Below, in pieces: positions 1 through 11,895 of a stretch of DNA of 64,000 nucleotides (positions within the stretch are counted from its first letter, which is position 1; each line of letters starts with the position of its first letter). A model generated the notes under the pieces. The model saw only the letters and a program-made list of their open reading frames with translations, did no database searches and was not told the origin of the DNA. Source of the stretch: an uncultured Candidatus Peribacteria bacterium (GTDB lineage: Bacteria > Patescibacteriota > Gracilibacteria > BD1-5 > UBA2023); contig CAYVAG010000001.1 of NCBI GenBank assembly GCA_964449265.1, positions 19,717-83,716 on the forward strand, given 5' to 3'. Both the position numbers and the translations under genes were made by a program.

Positions 1-1114
1 CGGTCTCGCCAGGGAATCCGACGATGATATCGGTCGAGATCGAGAAGAGTGGATCTTTTGATCTGAGATAGTCGACCTGTGCTTTGAAGTCGGCATAGGT
101 ATGCTTACGATTCATCCGCTTAAGCATGCTATCGCTTCCTGACTGGAGTGCGAAGTGCAGATACGGACACATCGCAGGAAGGTCGAAGTGCGCATCGAGG
201 ATATCGCGAGTCATGTCATGAGGATTGGAGCTCGTGAATCGGATCCGATCGAGATTTGGGATTTCGCTGATCTCTTCGAGAAGCTCACGAAATGGTGTCT
301 TCACATCTCTACTCGCCCAAGTGAGCTCTTCACTATTCCAGAGCTTTGCGCGAGTTTCTTTGCCATAGCTATTCACATTTTGCCCAAGAAGCGTGATTTC
401 TTGCGTTCCGCTTGCTACGACTTCTCTGATTTCTCTCGTGATCTCATCTTGAGTACGCGAGACTTCTCGACCGCGAGTGTGAGGGACAATACAGAACGTA
501 CAGAAATTATCACACCCCGTCTGGATAATGATATTGGCACTCGATGGATTTTCCTGGAGTTGTTTTACTGCCAGATACTCATTGAATTTTGCATCATTCC
601 CGATATCTTCACCCGATATGAGAGAGAGGATCTTCGTGAGAAATGAGACTTCCTCGATACGGAAGACGAAGTCGATCGACTGTGATCGGAGAAAGAGCTC
701 ATCATCGTAGTTCATGAGCGAGTCTACAGATTCGAGAAGGGTGATTTTTTCCGCCTGATGACGCTTGAATTGGTCATTTTGTTCGCCAGTTTTTAGCTTT
801 CCATTCTCTACTCTGAGTCTCGCATACCGAGCAGCGAGTCCAGATTTCCGAACCATACAGCCTGTGATGCCAAATAGCGCACTCTTCCCTGTCTCATGAG
901 TCTTATGATATCGTTCGATCTCATGCATAAATCCGAATACTCGATCTTCTCATTTCTGGCGGACCGAACACGTATTCATGACGATGATATCAGCCTGTAC
1001 AGGATCGACGACCTTGCGCAGTCCAGCTGAGCGGAGTATCATATCGATCTTCTCGCTATCAGCATAGTTCATCTGACAACCGAAGGTTTTTATGTGGTAA
1101 GTTTTTATTTGCAT
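1..1114 (-). CDS. miaB: tRNA methylthiotransferase MiaB (radical SAM); C-terminus beyond window edge
   Basis: Minus frame from ATG 1114..1112 gives MQIKTYHIKTFGCQMNYADSEK..., radical-SAM box GCDNFCTFCIVPHTRG, and LLGQNVNSYG. One in-frame TGA (952..950) is read as Gly. Plus-strand track ORFs 155..710 are its antisense. Confidence 0.85.
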
Positions 1115-1142
1115 TTGACAATGTTATTATTTTGAATATATA
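1115..1142 (+). promoter_or_regulatory. putative sigma70-type promoter (TTGACA, 16 nt, TATATA)
   Basis: TTGACA at 1115..1120 and TATATA at 1137..1142 in the AT-rich divergent region next to the miaB start. Confidence 0.3.
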
Positions 1143-1166
1143 TTATATCAATTAATTTAATTTACT

Positions 1167-1370
1167 ATGTTTAGATCAACTCTACCCAATAATGAGGGTC
1201 CTCGTTTGAGTGATAAAACTTATGTTTTCAATGTCTCTACAGGAAAATCATGGGAGGGTACTTTAGCAGAAAGTATTCCATTCATGCCAAGAGATAAAAG
1301 GATGGCATTAATAAACAAAGTAGCTGCGACAGCTCGTATGGAGGCTTTGCTTGGAAAAATAATGCATTAA
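1167..1370 (+). CDS. hypothetical small protein (67 aa)
   Basis: ATG-to-TAA ORF with no in-frame TGA, more AT-rich than its neighbours, preceded by the promoter-like element. No family recognised. Confidence 0.3.
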   Translation: MFRSTLPNNEGPRLSDKTYVFNVSTGKSWEGTLAESIPFMPRDKRMALINKVAATARMEALLGKIMH

Positions 1371-1492
1371 ACAACGAATTTATATACTTTCTGACTTTTG
1401 CACATCACTTTCTCGTCTACTATACGCGCCAAAGTGATTTTTTCAACTCGAAGTGAGAACAAAAAGTGTGAACACCTCGTGAAGAAAGACCA

Positions 1493-1520
1493 TTGTAAAA
1501 TGGCATAGAGATCATATAAT
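1493..1520 (+). promoter_or_regulatory. putative promoter of ftsA-ftsZ (TTGTAA, 16 nt, TATAAT)
   Basis: TTGTAA at 1493..1498 and TATAAT at 1515..1520, about 100 nt upstream of the ftsA ATG. Confidence 0.35.
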
Positions 1521-1616
1521 GTGTCTAACAAATTTTCAGACAAATATACATATTCACTCTAGGAAACGATTTCTTCGGAGTACAATTTTTATACATCTCT
1601 CTAATCTACACAACAT

Positions 1617-2819
1617 ATGGTATCCGGAGAACAACTCGTCGCCATAGATATAGGCAGCTCGAAGATCAAAGCAGTGATCGGAGAGTGGGACGATCAGAAA
1701 AAACTTCACATTCTCGGCGTAGGAGTATCAGAATCTCGAGGAATCCGCAAGGGAAATATCCTCGATATGGATGAGTTCAAAAACAATCTCGATACGGCTC
1801 TCGGTGATGCTGAGCGCATGACAGGAGACCAAGTCTCTCATATCTGTCTCGGTCTTTCTGGTATACATATCGATATCACTCGCAAGTCTGGTATCGTAGC
1901 AGTTGCTGGTATGGACGTCACAGAAGACGATGTGAATAGAGCGCTCGATATGAGCCAAAGTGGTGTGGATCTCATGAATCGTACGATACTGAAGGTCATA
2001 CCAGAGAGTTTCGCTCTCGATCTGGAAAACGGGATCAAGAACCCCGTCGGGATGAGTGGAAAAAAACTCGAAGTACGAAGCCATATCATCTCTATCGGAG
2101 CTAACACGCTCTCGAATGTGAAAAAATGAGTGAACGATATCGGTGTCGAGATCATGGATACATACCCGAACATCATCGCCTGCGGCGAGGCTATGCTTTC
2201 TCGTCGTCAGAAAGAGCTCGGTGTCGTCGCCGTAGATATCGGATCAAGTGCGACCAATATGGCCGTCTATGAGGAAGGTGCTCTCATCTATGCTGCTGTC
2301 ATCCCTATCGGTGGTGAACACGTCACATCGGATCTTGCTCTCGGACTCCGCATTTCTATAGATACTGCTGAGAGACTGAAGCTCGAATATGGTGATCTGA
2401 ACTTCGGTGAAGGTATGAAAAGTGACTACGATGAAGAGATCGATCTCTCGAAGATATCGAATGTCGATACGATCACAGTATCTCGTAAGTTCATGAATGA
2501 TATCATCCGCGCTCGTTATGAAGAGATATTCCACCATATCACTATGGAACTCAAGAATGTCAATCGTGATGGCATGCTTCCTGAAGGAGCAGTGCTCACA
2601 GGAGGTGCTGCCAAGATGCGAGGGCTCGCAGATCTTGCTCGTAGCTACCTCAGACTTCCTGCATCGATCGGAGTACCAGATGAGGTCGAGGGTGTCAGTG
2701 GTACATCTATCGCGGATCCTATCTATACTTCTGTTGTCGGAACACTCCTTCTCGCACAGAAATACGGTACAGCGAAAAAACCTTTTAAGATCAATCTCTC
2801 CGTCGGAAACATGTTCTGA
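1617..2819 (+). CDS. ftsA: cell division protein FtsA
   Basis: Track ORFs 1617..2129 and 2130..2819 are one frame joined by TGA 2127..2129. Actin-fold phosphate motifs AIDIGSSKIKAV and VVAVDIGSSATN, and GGAAKMRGL. Confidence 0.92.
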
Positions 2820-2901
2820 TCGCTGAAAAATCTCTTTAAGAAAATCATCCCTTCGTAATCCCGTATAACTATCAACTATATCTATATCTAACCCTTACCC
2901 T

Positions 2902-4143
2902 ATGTCTACTGTTAACCCGAACGAAGATCGACTCAAAAAACTTCTGCGTACCAATATGGTAGCAACGCCCCCTACACCAACACCCCAAAATCACGTCGAA
3001 GTGAATGTAAATGGGTATATTTCTCCTATTGCCAATATCAAGGTGGTATGAGTCGGTGGTGGTGGAAACAACGCCGTCAATCGTATGATCGAATCTGGAA
3101 TCGAGGGTATCGAATTCATCGCGATCAATACTGATGCTCAAGCTCTCTTCACGAGCAAGGCTCAAACTCGTATCAATATCGGACGTGCTACTACTCGTGG
3201 TCTCGGCGCTGGAGCCAATCCTGAAACTGGGAAAAAAGCAGCAGAAGAGTCGAGCGAAGAAATCAAGCAAGTGCTCACTGGAGCTGATATGGTCTTTATT
3301 ACGTGTGGACTCGGTGGTGGTACTGGTACTGGTGCCGCTCCAGTGATCGCAGAAATCGCAAAATCACTCGGTGCACTCGTCGTCGGTGTTGTCACGAAGC
3401 CATTTGCATTCGAAGGACAGCGTAGAAGTAGTCAGGCATTCGAAGGATTCGAGAAACTGAAAGAAAAAGTCGATACACTCATCACTATCCCTAACGATAA
3501 GATCCTATCGATCATCGACAAGAAGACTCCTCTTCTCGAAGCGTTCCATGTCGCAGATGAGATCCTGAAACAAGGTGTACAAGGCGTATCTGACCTCATC
3601 ACTCACCCAGGACTGATCAATGTGGACTTCGCTGATGTACGATCGGTTATGGAAAACGCTGGATCTGCTCTCATGGGTATCGGATACGGAAGTGGGGAAA
3701 ACCGTGCCATCGAGGCAGCTCGTGGTGCGATCGAGTCTCCCCTTCTCGAACTCTCGATCAATGGAGCAAAAGGACTCCTCCTCTCGATCACAGGTGGTAC
3801 AGACCTCTCGATGTTCGAGATCGACGAGGCAGCTCGTATGATCACAGAGTCTTGCGATCCAAATGCCAACATCATCTTCGGTACTTCTATAGATGAGCGC
3901 TATACTGGTGAGATCAAGGTGACAGTTATCGCGACAGGATTCTCAGAAGAAACGAACGCTCAGCTCGGAAGCATGTCTCGAGGTGGATTTGGACAGAGTA
4001 CTATATTCGGGAAAGGAAGTCAGGGATGAGGCTTTTCTCCAAATAGAAACATACCACAAACAAATATGCCACAAGCTCCTGCGACCCCAGAGAATGACTA
4101 CGATGTTCCTGCATTTCTCCGAAATAAGATGCCGAAAAACTAA
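2902..4143 (+). CDS. ftsZ: cell division GTPase FtsZ
   Basis: ATG 2902. IKVV-[TGA][12 protein letters not shown], [12 protein letters not shown] (tubulin signature). Read-through of TGA 4027..4029 reaches the conserved C-terminal peptide DYDVPAFLR before TAA 4141..4143. Confidence 0.95.
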
Positions 4144-4164
4144 TCTGATAAAAATATATGAAAA

Positions 4165-4188
4165 ATCCTCGACTTTTCGGGGATTTTT
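4165..4188 (+). terminator. intrinsic terminator after ftsZ
   Basis: Stem ATCCTCGA / TCGGGGAT (one G-U pair), 4-nt loop, then TTTT. Confidence 0.6.
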
Positions 4189-4202
4189 CATAGAGTGAAG
4201 AT

Positions 4203-6512
4203 ATGCATCTGAAGGACTATACATTCGTGGCTCTGGATCTCGAGACGACAGGGCTTTCTCCCATACGAGATACTATTATAGAGGTAGCAGCCGTCAGATT
4301 TCACCTGGAAAAAGTGGGAGAGAAATATATCGCCATTACCGATGATGAACGCTCGATGCTCATAGATCCAGAGCGGAAACTCGAAGAGAATATCTCTATG
4401 ATCACGGGTATCACTGACTCTATGCTCAAAGGGAAGGTAAAATGGGGGGAAGTGAAAGAAAAGGTGAGAGAATTTATCGGAGATTCTATCATCGTCGGAC
4501 ACAATGTCCTCTTCGATACCGCTATGCTCGAATCACATGGAATCGATCTTAGTCGTTCTGTGGCTCTCGATACTTTTGAGCTTTCAGAGATATTCTCCCA
4601 AGAATCTGAAAGTCTCAATCTCGGGTTCCTCGCAGAAAAATATGGATTCAAGTGAGAAAGTGAACATAGAGCTCTCGATGATGTGAAACTTTCGATATGA
4701 CTTTTTTGTCATTACCTTTCGGAGATTTGTCACATGGACGATACGCATAGGCGATACTGGAAATATGCTCGAAGTCATGACAGTTCTCACATTCTCTGAG
4801 CTTTGCTTGATATCGTAGAAATCACATGAGAAGAAAATCTCGTATTCAGTGATATAGGAAGAGTATGAGTGCCTATTATAGAAAATAATAGTAAGTATGA
4901 AAAGTATGACAACAAATATAGTAGTACTTATTTCTCCTGAGGGAAGAGACAGTACAAGGAAATAGTAGAGTCGTCTCTTGAGTGATCAGAAAAGGTGCTC
5001 ATCCTCGCAGAATGATCGAAAGATATCATGTTTTTAAAACAGTTGCTCGAGGAAGAAGGACTTGCACCGACGGTATTTGCATCTCATGCAAGATATCTCT
5101 CTCGGATCGTACTACGGGAACAACTCGAGAAAAAATCATGGAAACGAAAAGAGACGATATTTCTCCTTAAGCTTCTGTCTTGGTCTCTGAGAACAGAAAC
5201 AGGACTTCTCGATGAGCTCAAATTCTATGGCGAAGAGCGTGAGTATCTATATCTCTTCAGGATGGCTAAAAATGAAGAGAATATCTATACAGAAAAGAGA
5301 GATCGGGCAATGGGAGAAGGCTCCATCATCATCTGTGATATCTACAATATTCCTGATATTTCGAAATACCGTACGAGTCTGATCGTATCCGATACTATCA
5401 ACATCGCAGAATCGCTTCGAAAAAAAGAAACCAAAAAAATAGATCTCACGAAAACTCTCCAGATAGTGGAAGCTCTCGATGGGGACAACGGAATAAAAAA
5501 TGATATCATAACTTCCCTTTCTCTCTTTCAGGGTATACTGGAGAAGATTCCTGAGAGGCCGACATGACCTGAGAAAAATACTCCTGGAGAATATGGAGAG
5601 ACCTATTTTATAAAACAAAAGGATATTTGGCATTACGGTTTTTGGGTGCTCATATGGATATGAGATACGCTCGAGAGTGCTCTCGAAACAGATATATTCT
5701 CAGGAAAATCCCCAAGTCTCTACGAAGAAAGAATCTGGGAAAGTATCCGAAAAGATATCCGAGCAATAACGACTCTCATATCACAAGAGTCTCTGGAGAC
5801 GAGTATCATACTGAACATAAATGGAGAAGATATGAGCATATCTCTCGTGCCTCGCAATATCAGAACAGAGCTCAGCTGACTCTTCGAAAAAGTCGAAGAA
5901 GATAAAAGAACACTTCTCGTCTATGGTAAGAAATCTGGTATTCTCGATAGATTTCTCCTCAGTGAATACACCATAGAGACACTCCCTGAGACAAACGAAG
6001 ATACTCGATGAATCCAAATAGTCGAGAATCTCAGTATAAAGAAGAGGAAGACGGTAATCCTTACGACGAGTACTCGACATATTCGAGAAATTTGCACTCA
6101 GATAAAAGGAAATTTTGATATAGAGCATGTTTTCGGGCAGTGAATATCCTGAGGAAAGGCAAAAATGGCGACACTTTTTGCTCGTAGAGAAGAGAAAAGT
6201 GTCCTCGTATGACTCATCGATACATGGCAAAATGAGTATACTCTCTGGGAAAATACCGATGAGGTCATACTTATCAAGATACCATTCGACCCTCCGACAG
6301 ATCCATACTACCTCGCACGCACTGTCGGTATGAAAAACAACTTCGAGGAATACAGTATGCCGATGGCACTTTCTGGGATAGAGAGTCTTATCATAAAGAT
6401 ATTATTAGCAAATGAGAATATTGATATCAGTATCTCTGATGATCGCTTATCTAAGACAAACTGGGGGCAAGTATTTCGAGAAAATATGAATCCATTTATT
6501 ATTATGAAATAG
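4203..6512 (+). CDS. dinG: DinG-family protein: DnaQ-like 3'-5' exonuclease fused to a helicase-like body with no recognisable Walker A
   Basis: One 769-aa frame with more than ten in-frame TGA. DEDD motifs ALDLETTGL, GHNVLFD, HRALDD. C-terminal DinG-like block GQGISGGKAKM...ILIKIPFDPPTDPYYLARTV...MPMALSGIESLI. Confidence 0.7.
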
Positions 6513-6598
6513 AAAGTTTCGTGCTCAAGAAGAAAAGTGGTCTCATATTTGTGAAAGGAGAGAAAATACTATATGCTAAATGAGTATAACTTTATCCT

Positions 6599-7471
6599 AT
6601 GGCACAAGAAACTAGCCTCGACGAGGCAAAAACTCCAGAGTGAACATCGTTCATTTCTGCATGACAGGAAGCAGCTCCTGAATCATCCACATATAGTGAT
6701 TTTTTCCAGGAAACGAGTGATGGAAATATCAGTATATGACCCAAGGCCCAGAAATCTGGACTCGAAATCATCACGACAATACTCGGGTATGTGCTTCCTG
6801 TGGTCATTGTAGTAACACTCTTTGGATTATTTCATGTATTTATTCGTGGTGGTGGCTGAGCAAAGGAAATCAAAGATAAGTATACTTTTCTCTGTCCTTA
6901 TCTCACCTATGGAGTCTCAGGAATAGAAGAATCTGAGAACTGCGAACCTATGAAAAATATAGAAGAAATCTATACAAAAAGAAGTAATGATCTTCAGACA
7001 TCTATTATCAACAAACTTGCTGAATATATCCCTATCAAGATTACTAAAAATCTCCTTATCACTTCTCCAGAACGAACTTTCGTTATCGATACATATAAAA
7101 ACAAGATCCGAATGGATCGTATCATGGAGCAATTTCAAGATGTACAAAGAAGCGCACGATCAAGTATTGGCGATAACATTGTCTGCAATGGTATAAGTAT
7201 AACAGGAAATGGGGACCTTACGACACAATGTAGCGTCTACGGAGGACCTTCAGGAAGTGATGATTCCAATGGTCGTCTTGGATCAGCACGAATAGAGGCA
7301 TTAAAATTTACTGAGATTCTCTCTGATACCAGCAAGAGTAAATTTATCCTTCTCAATCCCCCGATATCTCTCTCGATGGAAGAAGTACAAAGTGAAATTT
7401 CACCGATATTTCAGACGAGAACATCTCTTTCTCTCCAGCTTCAGTATGTACCATTTAACGAAAAACCCTAA
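6599..7471 (+). CDS. hypothetical bitopic membrane protein (first gene of the pilB-pilC cluster)
   Basis: ATG 6599 after TAA 6587. Four in-frame TGA. Acidic N-terminus, one TM helix LEIITTILGYVLPVVIVVTLFGLFHVFI, about 190-aa external domain. No family recognised. Confidence 0.55.
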
Positions 7472-7482
7472 TATATACATAT

Positions 7483-8592
7483 ATGCTCTCAAATTCTCAA
7501 AAGGAACATCTCACCTATACTGCCATATGACAGGTTTTTACGCTCGTTATCATCGGCATACTCGCTTTCAATTACATCATCCCACAGATTACCGCTATCA
7601 ACTCTCAGCTTTCGAGAGCAAATACTTCTATAGAAACTTATAAGAAAACTCTCGAAGATGGACTGGACTATGCAACTCTGGGGAATATGCTCTCTGGAAA
7701 GCCAGAAAGATCAGAACTCGTAAAGATTATACAAACAGATCCCCGCGGTACAGAAACAGTGATAAAAAAAACAGGGACAAAGAACTACCTTGATTGGCTC
7801 ACGCAATCAATAGGAGATAGTGATGAAGATAAAAAAATTCTCGTGCGAGAAAAGGGGAAGCTCAATAGTATTATACCAACCATGAGTCCCATAAGTAGTA
7901 ATATAGAAGAAGAAAACATCAGTTTGAAAGATTACGTAAAATTTATAGAAGGCACTATTCTTAAAAAATTTAACTTCGACAGCAACGTAGTTATCACGAT
8001 GCAGGGGATCACATTTTGACAAAAATGAGGAAATATACCAGAAAACGTAGGGGTCTTGGATTTTCGTTTTGATTTCAAATGAACCAATAGTGATATTTCT
8101 CGATTCATCGAATATGTGAACACTGCTGGAAAGCCTGATATTCTAACAAGTTCATGAGTACAAAGCGAGAGCATAGAAATTCCAGGACCGATGAGTAATC
8201 CGCTCATCACTATGTCGAGCTTTTCTCTACAAAATATACTTGATGGAGATGACCCAAGTGGCGAAAATAGTGGACGAGCCAATCTTCGTTTCTATATCCG
8301 CTGAGTTTCGAAAGATGATCTCCTCTACTTACGGGAAAATCTCAAATCTAAAAAAGAAGAAATCGGAAACAAACTCGCAGAGAGTATGAAGTGATGTGAG
8401 AAAGATGGCGTTATCTGCGCAGGATACAAATCTAAACTGACCCAATTTGATATAAAATTTCGAGAATTTAAACGCTCGATCGAAGCAGCCAAGACGCCTG
8501 CAGAAGACATATATACTATGACACAACTCGCGAATACGCTAAAGTCGCTCGAAAAAGAACTCGATACCATACTTCCAAAAGATAAAAAATAA
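7483..8592 (+). CDS. hypothetical membrane-anchored protein with PilO-like architecture
   Basis: 369-aa frame (track ORF 7687..8019 is an internal piece). N-terminal TM VFTLVIIGILAFNYIIP followed by coiled coil ITAINSQLSRANTSIETYKKTLEDG. Ends TAA 8590..8592, 6 nt before pilB. Confidence 0.5.
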
Positions 8593-8598
8593 AATCCT

Positions 8599-9861
8599 AT
8601 GCCCAATACTTCCATAGAACTTCTCAAAGATCAGATCTATAAATGAGAAAACATCTGACAAATCTGTGATCTTATGATCATCGGGGCAGTAGAGATGGGG
8701 TCATCAGATATCCATATCGAACCCCTGACCAATATTGTCAGACTCAGGTATCGTATAGATGGAGAGCTTCGAGAGGTTCTCGAATACCAGACATTTCTCC
8801 ATCAGCAGGTCGTCGCGAGATTCAAGATCATGTCGAATCTCAAGATCGATGAATCTCGCATACCACAAGACGGTCGTCTCTCTACAGTTATCAATAATAA
8901 AGCTCTCGACCTTCGTGTCTCAACACTTCCTACAGTTCACGGTGAAAAGATAGTGATGCGTATCGTAGATAAATCAAAAAAAATTCCCGATCTCATGGAC
9001 CTCGGTATCGAATGACACAATAAAGTGCTCCTCGAAAAAGCCCTAGCCCTACCAAATGGAATCATCCTCACTTCATGACCAACAGGTTCGGGTAAGTCGA
9101 CCACACTCTACTCATGCTTATCGAATCTCAATAAGCCTGATGTGAATATCATGACTCTCGAGGATCCAGTGGAAAGCCAAATCGATGGACTTAATCAGTC
9201 TCAGATGTTTCCAGATATTGGATATAACTTTGCCTACGGACTCCGTACAGCTCTTCGTCAAGATCCAGATATCATTATGGTATGAGAAATTCGTGATCAC
9301 GAGACGATCAACGTCGCGATCGAAGCAGCTCTGACAGGTCACCTCGTAGTATCGACGATACATACGAACTCAGCAGCCGAAACGCTCACTCGTATATTGA
9401 ATATGGGAATTCCCGCATTTCTTCTCCCTGCTTCGATCAATGCCATCATCGCACAACGACTCATCAGAAAACTCTGTCAACACTGCAAAAAACCAGTTCC
9501 CATGAATATGCTCGATGCTCATCTAAAGGGTCGAGTAGAAAAGGCACTCAAACGTACAGCAAAAGAAGAGCTTCTCTCTCGTATCTCTCCTGACATTTTA
9601 AAAAATCCCATATTTTATGAACCAGTAGGATGCCCAGAATGCGAAAATATCGGGTACAAAGGACGAGTTGGTATTTATGAAATTCTAGAAATTACTAACA
9701 GTGTGAAAAAGCTTATCATCGATGGTGCCAGTGCTGTGATCATCAATGAGGCTGCTATCGATGATGGGATGACTTCACTCGAGCAAGATGGTATCATAAA
9801 AGCGCTTAATGGGCGAACATCTCTAGAAGAAGTCTACGCCGCAGCAAAGGAAAACGCATAA
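8599..9861 (+). CDS. pilB: type IV pilus / T2SS assembly ATPase (PilB/GspE family), short form
   Basis: Walker A LTS-[TGA]-PTGSGKST, Asp box/Walker B DPDIIMV-[TGA]-EIRD, His box [12 protein letters not shown]. Tetracysteine CQHC...CPEC is typical of assembly ATPases. Confidence 0.9.
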
Positions 9862-9899
9862 ACAATTATCCATAAGAGGTACCTCTTAAATTTATACAT

Positions 9900-11045
9900 A
9901 TGGCCAATCAAGCATCAGACATCGTCATTCTCGATATACAGGAATGACAGGAAGTGAAAACACAGGAATCCTACTTCATGTATCTCAAGAATTTTCTCTT
10001 TAAGGCAGGGAGTGTAAATTTGAGACAGAAGGTGATATTTTTCCGTATCATGGCAACGATGGTAAATGCCAGCCTGACGGTACTCAAGAGTCTGAATGCT
10101 CTCAAAAAACAGGAAAAAGATAAAGGAATGATCAAGTTCTATACATTTATGATAGAACGCGTACAATGAGGAAGAACCATGCATGAAGCGCTTGCTGAGT
10201 ACTACGGATCTTTCTGAGATGCAGAAATCTCTATCATCGAAGCTGGGGAACGTACTGGTAAGCTTAACCAGGCACTTCTCCAGATCGCAGATCAAACAGA
10301 AAAAGTAGATTCTATCACGAGAAAAATCAAAGGAGCCATGACCTACCCTCTTCTTTTGATTGTTGGTATGGCAGCCTGTGTGACAGTACTTATGGTGAAG
10401 GTAATCCCTGTGCTTACAGGATTCTTCGGAGACAAAGATAAGCTTCCATCAGCAACAAAACTCATTCTCAACACCAGTGAAGCGTTCCAGAACAACTGGT
10501 TCTATATAACGGTAATTTTGGGTATAGCCTATGTGCTTGTATCTGTATGGAAAAAAACAAAATCAGGAAAGTACCGTTGGGATTCCTTAGTCCTGAAGAT
10601 GCCCATTTTCGGACCGCTTCTTCGAAAAGTTATCCTTTCACGATTTGCTCGTGTATTCTCGAATCTTATCGGAAGTGGTGTGTCAGTTATCGAAGCAATC
10701 CGTATTGTGGCGAGTGCTGTATGAAACGAAGTATATCACCAGCGCCTTCTCCTCTTACGAAACGATGTAAAAAATGGTATGAAAATGGCGGAATCTCTCG
10801 AAGATGATATCCTGTTTCCTGATCTTCTCGTTTCACTTCTGAGAGTAGGAGAAGAGACAGCCCAAATCGGTGAAACTATCCTGAAAATTGCCGATTTCTA
10901 CGATGAAGAAGTAGATATAGCCATAGGTGGTATCCAGAAAATGATCGAACCGATCATCCTTGCGGTGATGGCGGTGGTGATCTGATTCATCGCCGTTGGT
11001 ATATTCCAGCCGATCATGAACCTCGCAGGAACGTTGTCGGGCTAA
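9900..11045 (+). CDS. pilC: type IV pilus / T2SS platform protein (PilC/GspF family)
   Basis: Track ORFs 9954.., 10338.. and 10779.. share one frame joined by TGA. Duplicated GspF-type repeats (EAGERTGKLNQAL... / RVGEETAQIGETIL) and three TM segments. Confidence 0.88.
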
Positions 11046-11061
11046 TCAAATATTTTTTTAG

Positions 11062-11096
11062 AAAAATGCAGATGATTTTCATTTGCATTTTTTTGT
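11062..11096 (+). terminator. intrinsic terminator after pilC
   Basis: AAAAATGCAGATGA / TCATTTGCATTTTT hairpin (one mismatch) followed by a T-run. Confidence 0.55.
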
Positions 11097-11177
11097 ATTT
11101 CTTCTATACTCCGTTCGATTTTTATAATCTCGTTTTCAAGATTAGGGAAAAATCATTATCTATTTATCTATTTTTTT

Positions 11178-11801
11178 ATGCATTCTCTCGAAGCAAAGAT
11201 CCGTACAGAGACAGCTCGTGATACTCGCGAAAGCGGTGCTATCCCAGCAGTCGTATACGGCAAGGATGTCCCTTCGACCAGTGTGGTTATCAGTACTTCC
11301 GATTTTACTCGTCTCTACCGAGAAGTGGGAAAAAATCATGTATTTACCCTGAAAGTTGAGAAAAAAGAGTATCCCGTACTGATCCAAGAACTCCAGAAAC
11401 ACCCTGTGACAGGAAAGGCTCTCCATATAGATTTTCTCACAGTGGATATGAAGGCAGTCATCCATGTACAGATCCCTATTCTTCTCATCGGTACTTCTCC
11501 TGCTGTTGTGGCAGGTGGACAGGTACACCAGAGTCTTCACTCTCTCGATGTGAAGTGTCTCCCAGCGGATGTCATCGATGGATTCGAACTCGATATCTCA
11601 TCGATCGATCATATCGGTAAGACTCTCCACGTAAGCGACCTCGTCGTCGATACGAAGAAGTATCAGGTACTCTCTCATGCAGAGGTAGCGATCGTCGGAG
11701 TCCATGCTGTGAAGGAAGTAAAAGAAGAAACAGTAGTAGTATCTGTCGCTGACGTTGGTGTCGCTACAGAGAAGAAAAAAGATGAAGAAGCTGCAGAATA
11801 A
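11178..11801 (+). CDS. rplY: 50S ribosomal protein L25 / general stress protein Ctc
   Basis: RESGAIPAVVYGK...VLIQELQKHPVTGKALHIDF, with an acidic/lysine C-terminal tail. No TGA. Confidence 0.88.
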   Translation: MHSLEAKIRTETARDTRESGAIPAVVYGKDVPSTSVVISTSDFTRLYREVGKNHVFTLKVEKKEYPVLIQELQKHPVTGKALHIDFLTVDMKAVIHVQIPILLIGTSPAVVAGGQVHQSLHSLDVKCLPADVIDGFELDISSIDHIGKTLHVSDLVVDTKKYQVLSHAEVAIVGVHAVKEVKEETVVVSVADVGVATEKKKDEEAAE

Positions 11802-11807
11802 TCCAAA

Positions 11808-11831
11808 AATCCGCCTTCTGGCGGATTTTTC
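11808..11831 (+). terminator. intrinsic terminator after rplY
   Basis: AATCCGCC-TTCT-GGCGGATT followed by TTTT. Confidence 0.75.
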
Positions 11832-11895
11832 TTGGCCCTTCTTGAAAAAAACAAGATATTTTATATAATCATACCCCTATCACACATTTTTCATT

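Noticed and set aside
155-710. Plus-strand ORFs of 163 and 60 aa at the window start.
   Set aside because: They are antisense to the clearly identifiable miaB reading frame.
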